Shown here: piece after piece, positions 9,246-23,400 of the stretch
How positions within the stretch are numbered: the stretch's first letter is position 1
How the letters are laid out: every line of letters starts with the position of its first letter
DNA from: Nemertoderma westbladi
Lineage: Eukaryota > Animalia > Xenacoelomorpha
Direction: 5' to 3'
DNA: 64,000 nucleotides
NCBI GenBank assembly: GCA_032718475.1
Contig: JAUCBJ010008852.1
Span: forward strand, 1 to 64,000
Translations under genes and position numbers: made by a program
Notes under the pieces: model-generated
What the model saw: only the letters and a program-made list of their open reading frames with translations
Told to the model about the DNA's origin: nothing
The model's database searches: none

Positions 9246-12200
9246 TAGAATGTCTCAAAATGGGCGGTTTCAGACTTACCAAATTCGTGAGTAACTCAAA
9301 GGAATTTATGTCAGCTATACCAAAGGAGGATAGAGCTAGTCCAGACTTGGATTTAGACCTAGATAGAATGCCAATTACTAGAGCTCTAGGAGTTAAATGG
9401 GACACTGGGACTGACATGATAGGGATACAATCAACACCATGGAAAACCATAACAACTAAGAAGGAATGTCTGTCTCTGATAGCCAGCATTTATGACCCTC
9501 TTGGACTTGTTAGCCCAGTAATTCTAATTGGGAGGCGATTCATGAGAGAACTAACCCTTACTGTACCTAAATGGGACACTAAACTTAGCAACGAGTTTCT
9601 AACAAGATGGTCTACTTGGTCTGACCAACTCTATTTATTGAAGCAAATTCAGTACCCTAGAGCATATTTTCCAGACCAACAGAACTCAGATCAAATAGAA
9701 TTGCACGTTTTTTGTGATGCATGCGAAACAGGTTATGGAGTAGTTGCATACCTTCGACAATTACGGCATATTTTTCCACCTTCGGTATGTCTCGATATAT
9801 ATGAAGCCGAGCAGCACGACACAAAGTCAATTGCCTATGAAGCCCGTACCGCATTTGTATCATCACGAGTGAGGACTGTAGATCATAAGTTTTTATCTAT
9901 TCCGCGAAAAGAATTACAGGCAGCACTGTTAGGATCGAGGATGGGTTCGAATCTCACAGAAGAATTGCAATTTTCATTTACTGCTATTCACTATTGGAGT
10001 GACTCGAAATCAACATTAAATTACATTGCAAATTATGGCAGACGTTACCCCACCTTCATTCTTAATAGAGTCCATGAGATAACAACAGTGTCCAAGCCAT
10101 CACAATGGCACCATGTAAAGGGAAAAGAAAACCCCGCCGATATAGCTAGTAGGGGAGCTTTCCCTCAAGAGTTTGTTAATAAATTTCCAAAGTGGAAATC
10201 TGGTCCTTCATTTCTGAAATCTAATGAATTAGCTTGGCCTTCATCGGAAGACATGTATACTGGTAGACCTCCGATTGCGGGAATGGAGCTCAAATCGCAG
10301 CCAAAGGCTGGGGACATGAATCCAAGAGATGATGTCGCATACATTGAAGATCCATGCCCAAAAATACAGACTTTAAATAGTAACGAAGATTTAAAACTTA
10401 GGGAGAAAATAATACTAACAAGCATCAAACAAGTTGATTCCACAAGAAAGTCATCTGAAATTTCTAAACGGGAGTATTGGAAGAACATAGAACTAGCACA
10501 AATTCGGAAGTTAACAGTTATTAATCCACCAATCTCACGAAATTATACTAATGCAGAAAGTTTAGATGTTGTGAAGGTTACTGACGAAGATACCTTGTTA
10601 GATCCATTAAATTGGGAACTAAGACCGTTGATACATGATCTATTACCGCCAACACATACAATCATGAATGATAATGTTATTGACATCAACAAACAAGTAA
10701 TAACTGGCGTCAAAACCACAATTTCTGATAATGAAATATTCAAGATACCTTACCAGAACAATACTGAAACAGCGAGTATTGGTATCGATAATGTATCAGA
10801 AATAATAAGTGACCCATCTTATCAAAGGTTTGAAGTAGCAATAGTTTCGAATAGCGTCATTGAAAATAACCTAATACTGGACTTATTGATAGAACGCAGT
10901 GGTAAATGGAATCATATAGTCAATCAAGTGGGATGGTTAACTCGTTTTAAGCGATGGATTCAACAGATAGCAAGAATAAGTCCTAAGGTGAGGCAAGACT
11001 TTGAAATGAAGAAATCTACAAACTTACCCGCATCACAGATGTGTAAGGCACATAAATGTATCAAATCATATACCATGGAGATAATGGAGCGAATGTCGTT
11101 AAGAAAGGAAGAGAGTAGGAGACTGAGTTCATATGAATTCTACGATGCAGAAAGACAACTTATACGATATAGTCAAGCTAGGAAATTCCCAGTAGAACTT
11201 GGCAGGCTAAAAAGGGGATTTTTAGTAAACAAATCAAGTCCGTTGTATAAACTCCGCCCTTTTTTGGACGAGAATAATGTTATTCGTATGGGATCTCGAA
11301 TTATTAAGGCGCCATTTGATCGAGATATGAAAGCACCCATCATCATACATCGAAGTGATATAATCGCAACTCGTATAGTTCATCAAATTCACCGCTATAA
11401 TTTACATGCAGGAAGAGACCACACTCTAACCAATGTCAGGAAGCGATTTTGGATTGTGGGGGGCCAAGCTTTAGTGAGAAATATATTATCAAACTGCATC
11501 ATTTGCAAGCGTAATCATCCAACTGTGATGAAACAACTCATGGCGCCATTGCCACTTGAAAGATTAACCGCCTACGAACCTCCTTTTACTTTCACGGGTG
11601 TGGACTATTGGGGACCCATGACTGTTAAGATCGGTCGACGAAGTGAGAAGCGCTGGGGTGCGATATTCACTTGTCTAACCAGCCGAGCAGTTGCATTGGA
11701 TATTGCATACGATGCATCAGCTGCATCATTTATCAATGTATATAGACGTTTTATTTGTTGCCATGGAGATGTGAAACTCATCAGATCAGACAATGGTACT
11801 TGTTTCGTAGGGGCGGAGCGGGAACTTCGGGAAGCCATGGTAGAGTGGGATTCTGGAATAATTGAGAACAGCTTAGGACCAGAGACTAAGTGGAAGTTCC
11901 ACACCCCATATGCTAGCCATACATCTGGTGTTTGGGAGCGCCTTATAAAGATCGTTAAGGACGCCCTAAGGTCGTCCATTGGTAGCCATTTAGTTGATGA
12001 GGATACTTTACGTACAGCTTTAGCGGAAATTGCCAGGTCATTGAACTCTAGACCACTTTACGCGGCATCTGACGACCCTACTGCAGATCAACCGTTAACT
12101 CCAAATGACTTGTTGCTACGGCGGCCAGCTTCGAAGGTTCCAGGTCAATTCGACACCAATGCTATATATTCGAAACGAACTTGGCAGCAAGGGCAGATCC

Positions 12201-12514
12201 TGGCTAAGGTGTTCTGGGATCGATGCATTCCATTGTTGAGAGAGCGACAGCGATGGTTCACAAAGAAACGTAACATTCGTAAGGGAGACCTAGTATTAGT
12301 GATGACCGATACCAAGGTGAGGGGAACATGGGTAACGGCGGTAGTAGACTCTGTTGATGCGGGAGAAGACAACCTAGTGCGTTCAGTGAAAGTTCGCTAC
12401 AACGGCCGCATATACTCCAGAGATATTTCGAAACTCTGCTTGCTAGAGGGTTCTACATTTCCCGCTAACAATGCAGGAAGGGAAGAAGTGAATTCTTCAG
12501 TCATAGAAGATTAA
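9200..12514 (+). CDS. BEL polyprotein, C-terminal part: RT end, RNase H (Pao peptidase_A17-like region), integrase; continues ORF1 across a frameshift at ~9230
   Basis: GGFRLTKFVSN, YDPLG, LHVFCDAC, SIPRKELQAA, WSDS, NPADIASRG, integrase H-H-C-C (HRYNLHAG...CIIC), GVDYWGP, SDNGT, GVWERL and C-terminal GDLVLV...VRSVKV. Confidence 0.93.
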   Translation: MSNYSSRHQSCYNKLIECLKMGGFRLTKFVSNSKEFMSAIPKEDRASPDLDLDLDRMPITRALGVKWDTGTDMIGIQSTPWKTITTKKECLSLIASIYDPLGLVSPVILIGRRFMRELTLTVPKWDTKLSNEFLTRWSTWSDQLYLLKQIQYPRAYFPDQQNSDQIELHVFCDACETGYGVVAYLRQLRHIFPPSVCLDIYEAEQHDTKSIAYEARTAFVSSRVRTVDHKFLSIPRKELQAALLGSRMGSNLTEELQFSFTAIHYWSDSKSTLNYIANYGRRYPTFILNRVHEITTVSKPSQWHHVKGKENPADIASRGAFPQEFVNKFPKWKSGPSFLKSNELAWPSSEDMYTGRPPIAGMELKSQPKAGDMNPRDDVAYIEDPCPKIQTLNSNEDLKLREKIILTSIKQVDSTRKSSEISKREYWKNIELAQIRKLTVINPPISRNYTNAESLDVVKVTDEDTLLDPLNWELRPLIHDLLPPTHTIMNDNVIDINKQVITGVKTTISDNEIFKIPYQNNTETASIGIDNVSEIISDPSYQRFEVAIVSNSVIENNLILDLLIERSGKWNHIVNQVGWLTRFKRWIQQIARISPKVRQDFEMKKSTNLPASQMCKAHKCIKSYTMEIMERMSLRKEESRRLSSYEFYDAERQLIRYSQARKFPVELGRLKRGFLVNKSSPLYKLRPFLDENNVIRMGSRIIKAPFDRDMKAPIIIHRSDIIATRIVHQIHRYNLHAGRDHTLTNVRKRFWIVGGQALVRNILSNCIICKRNHPTVMKQLMAPLPLERLTAYEPPFTFTGVDYWGPMTVKIGRRSEKRWGAIFTCLTSRAVALDIAYDASAASFINVYRRFICCHGDVKLIRSDNGTCFVGAERELREAMVEWDSGIIENSLGPETKWKFHTPYASHTSGVWERLIKIVKDALRSSIGSHLVDEDTLRTALAEIARSLNSRPLYAASDDPTADQPLTPNDLLLRRPASKVPGQFDTNAIYSKRTWQQGQILAKVFWDRCIPLLRERQRWFTKKRNIRKGDLVLVMTDTKVRGTWVTAVVDSVDAGEDNLVRSVKVRYNGRIYSRDISKLCLLEGSTFPANNAGREEVNSSVIED

Positions 12515-12838
12515 TATCGGTAGTCATTGTAATTTAGAAGCTATATTGATTTATGCTAACAAACTAGAAAGATAATAAACTTTAATTATGTGGGAAATAT
12601 TGAAGTCATAATTGTTTGAATCGGGAATGATTTTCATCAATTTGATTTGTATGTATGTGTATTATATGTATCTACGTAAATAAGTAACTAATTCATATTC
12701 ATTTCGTTTTCATGTGCTCTACTTGGCTTCGATGTATCTACGGGGACCTATCACCAAGCTGAAATCTAAGTATGAATGAAGTTTTAGCAAAGATGACGTC
12801 GTATATCAGTTCATTATGGGTATATCAGTTCATTATGG

Positions 12839-13010
12839 GATTAATTCGCTAGCGCAGGGAGCGCTGGTGTTGAGTCGGTTTCGTTCGATTAATTCGCTAG
12901 CGCAGGGAGCGCTGGTGTTGAGTCGGTTTCGTTCGATTAATTCGCTAGCGCAGGGAGCGCTGGTGTTGATTCCGTGTTCGTTTCGATTAATCCAGAGAGC
13001 GCTAGGGTTG
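12839..13010 (+). repeat. 48-bp tandem repeat (~3.5 copies) in BEL 3' UTR
   Basis: Unit GATTAATTCGCTAGCGCAGGGAGCGCTGGTGTTGAGTCGGTTTCGTTC. Each unit has a CTAGCGC/GCGCTGG mini-hairpin. Confidence 0.9.
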
Positions 13011-13458
13011 AATAAACATAATCGGGTCGATGACGTCACGAAGTACCGACATATCACAACTGATTCGACGACACTGATGCACACAATGAGATTCTCATGG
13101 ATTGTTATGACTTCAACAGACTCGGATCTATCGTAAACTCAAGAGTTCAGCTTAGGTGAACTATGGGACCTTTTGGTGACGGCTTTAGTAGAAATATTAA
13201 GTAACATATAACATATTTTTTAAGCAAAATGATAACTTGTGCAATTTGTAGTGTAGGGACAACGCCACTCGTTCATTCCAAAGGGTTATGGGTTTTCAGT
13301 TTCATAAATTTATCAAATTGGGAGGTGTGGGTATATAACTGGAATTTACTTTCAGTTTCAAATAGGCCTATATCAATTTCGCTGACATGTCTCTGTAGAT
13401 TCATATCCGGGTTTTTAAAAATAAATTTTTTTCAAAAAATATTTTTTTTAGGAAGCAC

Positions 13459-14457
13459 TGTAATGGTAGAGCGTCTATGAATCTCAGATCCAATTTATAT
13501 TTATACATTACACACCAATTATGTTCAGTAACAATGCCAATATATTACGGTACACTCTATTCGACATACCTATTCAGCAGAAGCCGTCCTCTGATTGGCC
13601 TTGCATCAGATTATTAATGCCGTTATTATTACAGCCAATTATGTTGCTCAGTTCCTTATGGTAATAAGTAATTATAGAGGTCAACTCTTATACTATATAA
13701 TAGCAGTAACAACAATTTATTTGCACTCTCTCCTTGTTATTCAGTTGACTCTGTTGGTAGCTTTAATTAGTTTTGGAGGGATGGTAATTTACTCCTATTT
13801 GTTACCAGGTTCAGGTTCAGGTTCAGGTTCAGACAGTTAAATTACAAATTATCATTTACACTTGTGCTATTAAAATCTTACAATTACAACGTATTTTACA
13901 GTCAGACATAATATTTACATCCCTCCATTGTTTATTATTTCAAGTATTACGTAGTCCAATGTGGCCGTATTATCTAGTTAAGTTAAGTTTTATGCTGTAA
14001 TATTTATTTGTGTGCGGATCTTCTCATAGACGCAAGGCCTACAGTGCAGTGCAATTCAGGAGGAACGGGTGGTAGCGTCCGGACGAATTATTTGTTGGTA
14101 AGTGTATATCAATATTACAAATTACGTAACCCTTTGTTTCAATCAATACTAAATATACAACATATTATATTCTTTGATATTGATGTTATTGTCCACCTGC
14201 GTAAGCAAAGGGGGAAGTAATTGCCATCCTGTCCGTAGCTATTGATGTACCCTGTACCCTTCTGCCCATTCTCCTCGGGAAAACAAGGGCCACTGGGAAG
14301 GGCCTTTGTTGGATTAGAAGTGTGTGGTAGCCGACGGACGTAAAGTAACGGGTTACTACGCTAGCGGTTGCTAGAGTGGCTGTGGCATTTCGGTGGCCGG
14401 CGTTATCTTTCACATTAAGGCAGTGGGGATAGACGCATGCAGCGGGGGTCCCATACA
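13459..14457 (+). repeat. 3' LTR of BEL element (999 bp)
   Basis: TG...CA copy of 1291-2290, preceded by a T-tract and only a short purine stretch (AGGAAGCAC). Confidence 0.96.
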
Positions 14458-17400
14458 CACTCACACAGATACTTTACACGAACCCCCTTCGATCGAGGCT
14501 TTATTTGCACTCACACAGATACTTTACACTGCCCCCACTTCGAGGCTTTATTTGCACTCACACAGATACTTTACACTGCCCCCACTTCGAGACTTTATTT
14601 GCACTCACACAGATACTTTACTCTGCCCCCACTTCGAGGCTTTATTTGCACTCACATAGATACTTTACACGAACCCCCTTCGATCGAGGCTTTATTTGCA
14701 CTCACACAGATACTTTACACTGCCCCCACTTCGAGACTTTATTTGCACTCACACAGATACTTTACACTGCCCCCACTTCGAGGCTTTATTTGCACTCACA
14801 CAGATACTTTACACTGCCCCCACTTCGAGGCTTTATTTGCACTCACACAGATACTTTACACTGCCCTCACTTCGAGGCTTTATTTGCACTCACACAGATA
14901 CTTTACACTGCCCCCACTTCGAGGCTTTATTTGCACTCACACAGATACTTTACACTGCCCCCACTTCGAGGCTTTATTTACACTCACACAGATACTTTAC
15001 ACTGCCCCCACTTCGAGGCTTTATTTGCACTCACACAGACACTTTACACTGCCCTCACTTCGAGGCTTTATTTGCACTCACACAGATACTTTACACGAAC
15101 CCCCTTCGATCGAGGCTTTATTTGCACTCACACAGATACTTTACACTGCCCCCACTTCGAGGCTTTATTTGCACTCACACAGATACTTTACACTGCCCCC
15201 ACTTCGAGGCTTTATTTGCACTCACACAGATACTTTACACTGCCCCCACTTCGAGGCTTTATTTACACTCACACAGATACTTTACACTGCCCCCCACTTC
15301 GAGGCTTTATTTGCACTCACACAGATACTTTACACTGCCCCCACTTCGAGGCTTTATTTGCACTCACACAGATACTTTACACGAACCCCCTTCGATCGAG
15401 GCTTTATTTGCACTCACACAGATACTTTACACTGCCCCCACTTCGAGGCTTTATTTGCACTCACACAGATACTTTACACTGCCCCCACTTCGAGGCTTTA
15501 TTTGCACTCACACAGATACTTTACACTGCCCCCACTTCGAGGCTTTATTTACACTCACACAGATACTTTACACTGCCCCCCACTTCGAGGCTTTATTTGC
15601 ACTCACACAGATACTTTACACGAACCCCCTTCGATCGAGGCTTTATTTGCACTCACACAGATACTTTACACTGCCCCCACTTCGAGACTTTATTTGCACT
15701 CACACAGATACTTTACACTGCCCCCCACTTCGAGGCTTTATTTGCACTCACACAGATACTTTACACGAACCCCCTTCGATCGAGGCTTTATTTGCACTCA
15801 CACGGATACTTTACACTGCCCCCACTTCGAGGCTTTATTTGCACTCACACAGATACTTTACACGAACCCCCTTCGATCGAGGCTTTATTTGCACTCACAC
15901 AGATACTTTCCCTTTCCCCACTTCGAGGCTTTATTTGCACTCACACAGATACTTTACACTGCCCCCACTTCGAGGCTTTATTTGCACTCACACAGATACT
16001 TTACACTGCCCCCACTTCGAGGCTTTATTTGCACTCACACAGATACTTTACACGAACCCCCTTCGATCGAGGCTTTATTTGCACTCACACAGATACTTTA
16101 CACTGCCCCCACTTCGTGGCTTTATTTGCACTCACACAGATACTTTACACTGCCCCCACTTCGAGGCTTTATTTGCACTCACACAGATACTTTACACTGC
16201 CCCCACTTCGAGGCTTTATTTGCACTGACACAGATACTTTACACTGCCCCCCACTTCGAGGCTTTACTTGCACTCACACAGATACTTTACACGAACCCCC
16301 TTCGATCGAGGCTTTATTTGCACTCACACAGATACTTTACACTGCCCCCACTTCGAGGCTTTATTTGCACTCACACAGATACTTTACACTGCCCCCACTT
16401 CGAGGCTTTATTTGCACTCACACAGATACTTTACACTGCCCCCACTTCGAGGCTTTATTTGCACTCACACAGATACTTTACACTGCCCCCACTTCGAGGC
16501 TTTATTTGCACTCACACAGATACTTTACACTGCCCCCACTTCGAGTCTTTATTTGCACTGACACAGATACTTTACACTGCCCCCACTTCGAGGCTTTATT
16601 TGCACTCACACAGATACTTTACACTGCCCCCACTTCGAGGCTTTATTTGCACTCACACAGATACTTTACACTGCCCCCACTTCGAGGCTTTATTTGCACT
16701 CACACAGATACTTTACACTGCCCCCACTTCGAGGCTTTATTTGCACTCACACAGATACTTTACACTGCCCCCACTTCGAGGCTTTATTTGCACTCACACA
16801 GATACTTTACACTGCCCCCACTTCGAGGCTTTATTTGCACTCACACAGATACTTTACACTGCCCCCACTTCGAGGCTTTATTTGCACTCACACAGATACT
16901 TTACACTGCCCCCACTTCGAGGCTTTATTTGCACTCACACAGATACTTTACACTGCCCCCACTTCGAGGCTTTATTTGCAATCACACAGATACTTTACAC
17001 TGCCCCCACTTCGAGGCTTTATTTGCACTCACACAGATACTTTACACTGCCCCCACTTCGAGGCTTTATTTGCACTCACACAGATACTTTACACGAACCC
17101 CCTTCGATCGAGGCTTTATTTGCACTCACACAGATACTTTACACTGCCCCCACTTCGAGGCTTTATTTGCACTCACACAGACACTTTACACTGCCCTCAC
17201 TTCGAGGCTTTATTTGCACTCACACAGATACTTTACACTGCCCCCACTTCGAGGCTTTATTTGCACTCACACAGACACTTTACACTGCCCTCACTTCGAG
17301 GCTTTATTTGCACTCACACAGATACTTTACACTGCCCCCACTTCGAGGCTTTATTTGCACTCACACAGACACTTTACACTGCCCTCACTTCGAGGCTTTA

Positions 17401-20400
17401 TTTGCACTCACACAGATACTTTACACTGCCCCCACTTCGAGGCTTTATTTGCAATCACACAGATACTTTACACTGCCCCCACTTCGAGGCTTTATTTGCA
17501 CTCACACAGATACTTTACACTGCCCCCACTTCGAGGCTTTATTTGCACTCACACAGACACTTTACACTGCCCTCACTTCGAGGCTTTATTTGCACTCACA
17601 CAGATACTTTACACTGCCCCCACTTCGAGGCTTTATTTGCAATCACACAGATACTTTACACTGCCCCCACTTCGAGACTTTATTTGCACTCACACAGATA
17701 CTTTACACTGCCCCAACTTCGAGGCTTTATTTACACTCACACAGATACTTTACACTGCCCCAACTTCGAGGCTTTATTTACACTCACACAGATACTTTAC
17801 ACTGCCCCCACTTCGAGGCTTTATTTGCACTCACACAGATACTTTACACTGCCCCCACTTCGAGGCTTTATTTGCACTCACACAGATACTTTACACGAAC
17901 CCCCTTCGATCGAGGCTTTATTTGCACTCACACAGATACTTTACACTGCCCCCACTTCGAGGCTTTATTTGCACTCACACAGACACTTTACACTGCCCCC
18001 ACTTCGAGGCTTTATTTGCACTCACACAGATACTTTACACTGCCCCCACTTCGAGGCTTTATTTGCACTCACACAGATACTTTACACTGCCCCCACTTCG
18101 AGGCTTTATTTGCAATCACACAGATACTTTACACTGCCCCCACTTCGAGGCTTTATTTGCACTCACACAGATACTTTACACTGCCCCCACTTCGAGGCTT
18201 TATTTGCACTCACACAGATACTTTACACTGCCCCCACTTCGAGGCTTTATTTACACTCACACAGATACTTTACACTGCCCCCACTTCGAGGCTTTATTTG
18301 CACTCACACAGATACTTTACACTGCCCCCACTTCGAGGCTTTATTTGCACTCACACAGATACTTTACACGAACCCCCTTCGATCGAGGCTTTATTTGCAC
18401 TCACACAGACACTTTACACTGCCCCCACTTCGAGGCTTTATTTGCACTCACACAGATACTTTACACTGCCCCCACTTCGAGGCTTTATTTGCACTCACAC
18501 AGATACTTTACACGAACCCCCTTCGATCGAGGCTTTATTTGCACTCACACAGATACTTTACACTGCCCCCACTTCGAGGCTTTATTTGCACTCACACAGA
18601 CACTTTACACTGCCCCCACTTCGAGGCTTTATTTGCACTCACACAGATACTTTACACTGCCCCCACTTCGAGGCTTTATTTGCACTCACACAGATACTTT
18701 ACACGAACCCCCTTCGATCGAGGCTTTATTTGCACTCACACAGACACTTTACACTGCCCCCACTTCGAGGCTTTATTTGCACTCACACAGATACTTTACA
18801 CTGCCCCCACTTCGAGGCTTTATTTGCAATCACACAGATACTTTACACTGCCCCCACTTCGAGGCTTTATTTGCACTCACACAGATACTTTACACTGCCC
18901 CCACTTCGAGGCTTTATTTGCACTCACACAGATACTTTACACTGCCCCCACTTCGAGGCTTTATTTGCACTCACACAGACACTTTACACTGCCCTCACTT
19001 CGAGGCTTTATTTGCACTCACACAGATACTTTACACTGCCCCCACTTCGAGGCTTTATTTGCACTCACACAGACACTTTACACTGCCCTCACTTCGAGGC
19101 TTTATTTGCACTCACACAGATACTTTACACTGCCCCCACTTCGAGGCTTTATTTGCACTCACACAGACACTTTACACTGCCCTCACTTCGAGGCTTTATT
19201 TGCACTCACACAGATACTTTACACTGCCCTCACTTCGAGGCTTTATTTGCACTCACACAGATACTTTACACTGCCCCCACTTCGAGGCTTTATTTGCAAT
19301 CACACAGACACTTTACACTGCCCTCACTTCGAGGCTTTATTTGCACTCACACAGATACTTTACACTGCCCCCACTTCGAGGCTTTATTTGCACTCACACA
19401 GACACTTTACACTGCCCTCACTTCGAGGCTTTATTTGCACTCACACAGATACTTTACACTGCCCCCACTTCGAGGCTTTATTTGCACTCACACAGACACT
19501 TTACACTGCCCTCACTTCGAGGCTTTATTTGCACTCACACAGATACTTTACACTGCCCCCACTTCGAGGCTTTATTTGCACTCACACAGATACTTTACAC
19601 TGCCCTCACTTCGAGGCTTTATTTGCACTCACACAGATACTTTACACTGCCCCCACTTCGAGGCTTTATTTGCACTCACACAGACACTTTACACTGCCCT
19701 CACTTCGAGGCTTTATTTGCACTCACACAGATACTTTACACTGCCCCCACTTCGAGGCTTTATTTGCACTCACACAGACACTTTACACTGCCCTCACTTC
19801 GAGGCTTTATTTGCACTCACACAGACACTTTACACTGCCCTCACTTCGAGGCTTTATTTGCACTCACACAGATACTTTACACTGCCCCACTTCGAGGCTT
19901 TATTTGCACTCACACAGATACTTTACACTGCCCCCACTTCGAGGCTTTATTTGCAATCACACAGATACTTTACACTGCCCCCACTTCGAGGCTTTATTTG
20001 CACTCACACAGATACTTTACACTGCCCCCACTTCGAGGCTTTATTTGCACTCACACAGACACTTTACACTGCCCTCACTTCGAGGCTTTATTTGCACTCA
20101 CACAGATACTTTACACTGCCCCCACTTCGAGGCTTTATTTGCAATCACACAGATACTTTACACTGCCCCCACTTCGAGACTTTATTTGCACTCACACAGA
20201 TACTTTACACTGCCCCAACTTCGAGGCTTTATTTACACTCACACAGATACTTTACACTGCCCCAACTTCGAGGCTTTATTTACACTCACACAGATACTTT
20301 ACACTGCCCCCACTTCGAGGTTTTATTTGCACTCACACAGATACTTTACACTGCCCCAACTTCGAGGCTTTATTTACACTCACACAGATACTTTACACTG

Positions 20401-23400
20401 CCCCAACTTCGAGGCTTTATTTACACTCACACAGATACTTTACACTGCCCCCACTTCGAGGCTTTATTTGCACTCACACAGATACTTTACACTGCCCCAA
20501 TTTCGAGGCTTTATTTACACTCACACAGATACTTTACACTGCCCTCACTTCGAGGCTTTATTTGCACTCACACAGATACTTTACACTGCCCCAACTTCGA
20601 GGCTTTATTTGCACTCACACAGATACTTTACACTGCCCCAACTTCGAGGCTTTATTTACACTCACACAGATACTTTACACTGCCCCAACTTCGAGGCTTT
20701 ATTTACACTCACACAGATACTTTACACTGCCCCCACTTCGAGGCTTTATTTGCACTCACACAGATACTTTACACTGCCCCAACTTCGAGGCTTTATTTAC
20801 ACTCACACAGATACTTTACACTGCCCCAACTTCGAGGCTTTATTTACACTCACACAGATACTTTACACTGCCCCCACTTCGAGGCTTTATTTGCACTCAC
20901 ACAGATACTTTACACTGCCCCAACTTCGAGGCTTTATTTACACTCACACAGATACTTTACACTGCCCCAACTTCGAGGCTTTATTTGCACTCACACAGAT
21001 ACTTTACACTGCCCCAACTTCGAGGCTTTATTTACACTCACACAGATACTTTACACTGCCCCAACTTCGAGGCTTTATTTACACTCACACAGATACTTTA
21101 CACTGCCCCCACTTTGAGGCTTTATTTGCACTCACACAGATACTTTACACTGCCCTCACTTCGAGGCTTTATTTACACTCACACAGATACTTTACACTGC
21201 CCTCACTTCGAGGCTTTATTTACACTCACACAGATACTTTACACTGCCCTCACTTCGAGGCTTTATTTGCACTCACACAGATACTTTACACTGCCCCAAC
21301 TTCGAGGCTTTATTTACACTCACACAGATACTTTACACTGCCCCCACTTCGAGGCTTTATTTGCACTCACACAGATACTTTACACTGCCCCCACTTCGAG
21401 GCTTTATTTGCACTCACACAGATACTTTACACTGCCCCCACTTCGAGGCTTTATTTGCACTCACACAGATACTTTACACGAACCCACTTCGATCGAGACT
21501 TTATTTGCACTCACACAGATACTTTACACGAACCCACTTCGATCGAGACTTTATTTGCACTCACACAGATACTTTACACGAACCCACTTCGATCGAGACT
21601 TTATTTGCACTCACACAGATACTTTACACGAACCCACTTCGATCGAGACTTTATTTGCACTCACACAGATACTTTACACGAACCCACTTCGATCGAGACT
21701 TTATTTGCACTCACACAGATACTTTACACGAACCCACTTCGATCGAGACTTTATTTGCACTCACACAGATACTTTACACTGCCCCCACTTCGAGACTTTA
21801 TTTGCACTCACACAGATACTTTACACTGCCCCCACTTCGAGACATTATTTGCACTCACACAGATACTTTACACTGCCCCCACTTCGAGGCTTTATTTACA
21901 CTCACACAGATACTTTCCCTTTCCCCACTTCGAGACTTTATTTACACTCACACAGATACTTTACACTGCCCCCACTTCGAGGCTTTATTTGCACTCACAC
22001 AGATACTTTACACTGCCCCCACTTCGAGACTTTATTTGCACTCACACAGATACTTTACACTGCCCCCACTTCGAGACTTTATTTGCAATCACACAGATAC
22101 TTTACACTGCCCCCACTTCGAGGCTTTATTTGCACTCACACAGATACTTTACACTGCCCCCACTTCGAGGCTTTATTTGCACTCACACAGATACTTTACA
22201 CTGCCCCCACTTCGAGGCTTTATTTACACTCACACAGATACTTTACACTGCCCCCACTTCGAGGCTTTATTTGCACTCACACAGATACTTTACACTGCCC
22301 CCACTTCGAGGTTTTATTTGCACTCACACAGACACTTTACACTGCCCCCACTTCGAGGCTTTATTTGCACTCACACAGATACTTTACACTGCCCCCACTT
22401 CGAGGTTTTATTTGCACTCACACAGACACTTTACACTGCCCCCACTTCGAGGCTTTATTTGCACTGACACAGATACTTTCCCTTTCCCCACTTCGAGGCT
22501 TTATTTGCACTCACACAGATACTTTACACTGCCCCCACTTCGAGGCTTTATTTGCACTCACACAGACACTTTACACTGCCCTCACTTCGAGGCTTTATTT
22601 ACACTCACACAGATACTTTACACTGCCCCCACTTCTAGGCTTTATTTGCACTCACACAGATACTTTACACTGCCCCCACTTCGAGGCTTTATTTGCACTC
22701 ACACAGATACTTTACACTGAACCCACTTCGAGGCTTTATTTGCACTCACACAGATACTTTACACTGCCCCCACTTCGAGGCTTTATTTACACTTACACAG
22801 ATACTTTACACGAACCCACTTCGATCGAGACTTTATTTGCACTCACACAGATACTTTACACTGAACCCACTTCGAGGCTTTATTTGCACTCACACAGATA
22901 CTTTACACTGCCCCCACTTCGAGGCTTTATTTGCACTCCCACAGATACTTTACACGAACCCACTTCGATCGAGACTTTATTTGCACTCACACAGATACTT
23001 TACACTGAACCCACTTCGAGGCTTTATTTGCACTCACACAGATACTTTACACTGCCCCCACTTCGAGGCTTTATTTGCACTCCCACAGATACTTTACACG
23101 AACCCACTTCGATCGAGACTTTATTTGCACTCACACAGATACTTTACACTGAACCCACTTCGAGGCTTTATTTGCACTCACACAGATACTTTACACTGCC
23201 CCCACTTCGAGGCTTTATTTGCACTCCCACAGATACTTTACACGAACCCACTTCGATCGAGACTTTATTTGCACTCACACAGATACTTTACACGAACCCA
23301 CTTCGATCGAGACTTTATTTGCACTCACACAGATACTTTACACTGCCCCCACTTCGAGGCTTTATTTGCACTCACACAGATACTTTCCCTTTCCCCACTT

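Larger units (their letters stand above)
1291..14457 (+). mobile_element. Full-length BEL/Pao LTR retrotransposon (frameshifted, no TSD)
   Basis: Two ~1-kb direct repeats with TG...CA ends. Internal domain order is Gag (three Cys/His knuckles), protease, RT, RNase H, integrase, with BEL-type motifs. Confidence 0.95.
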
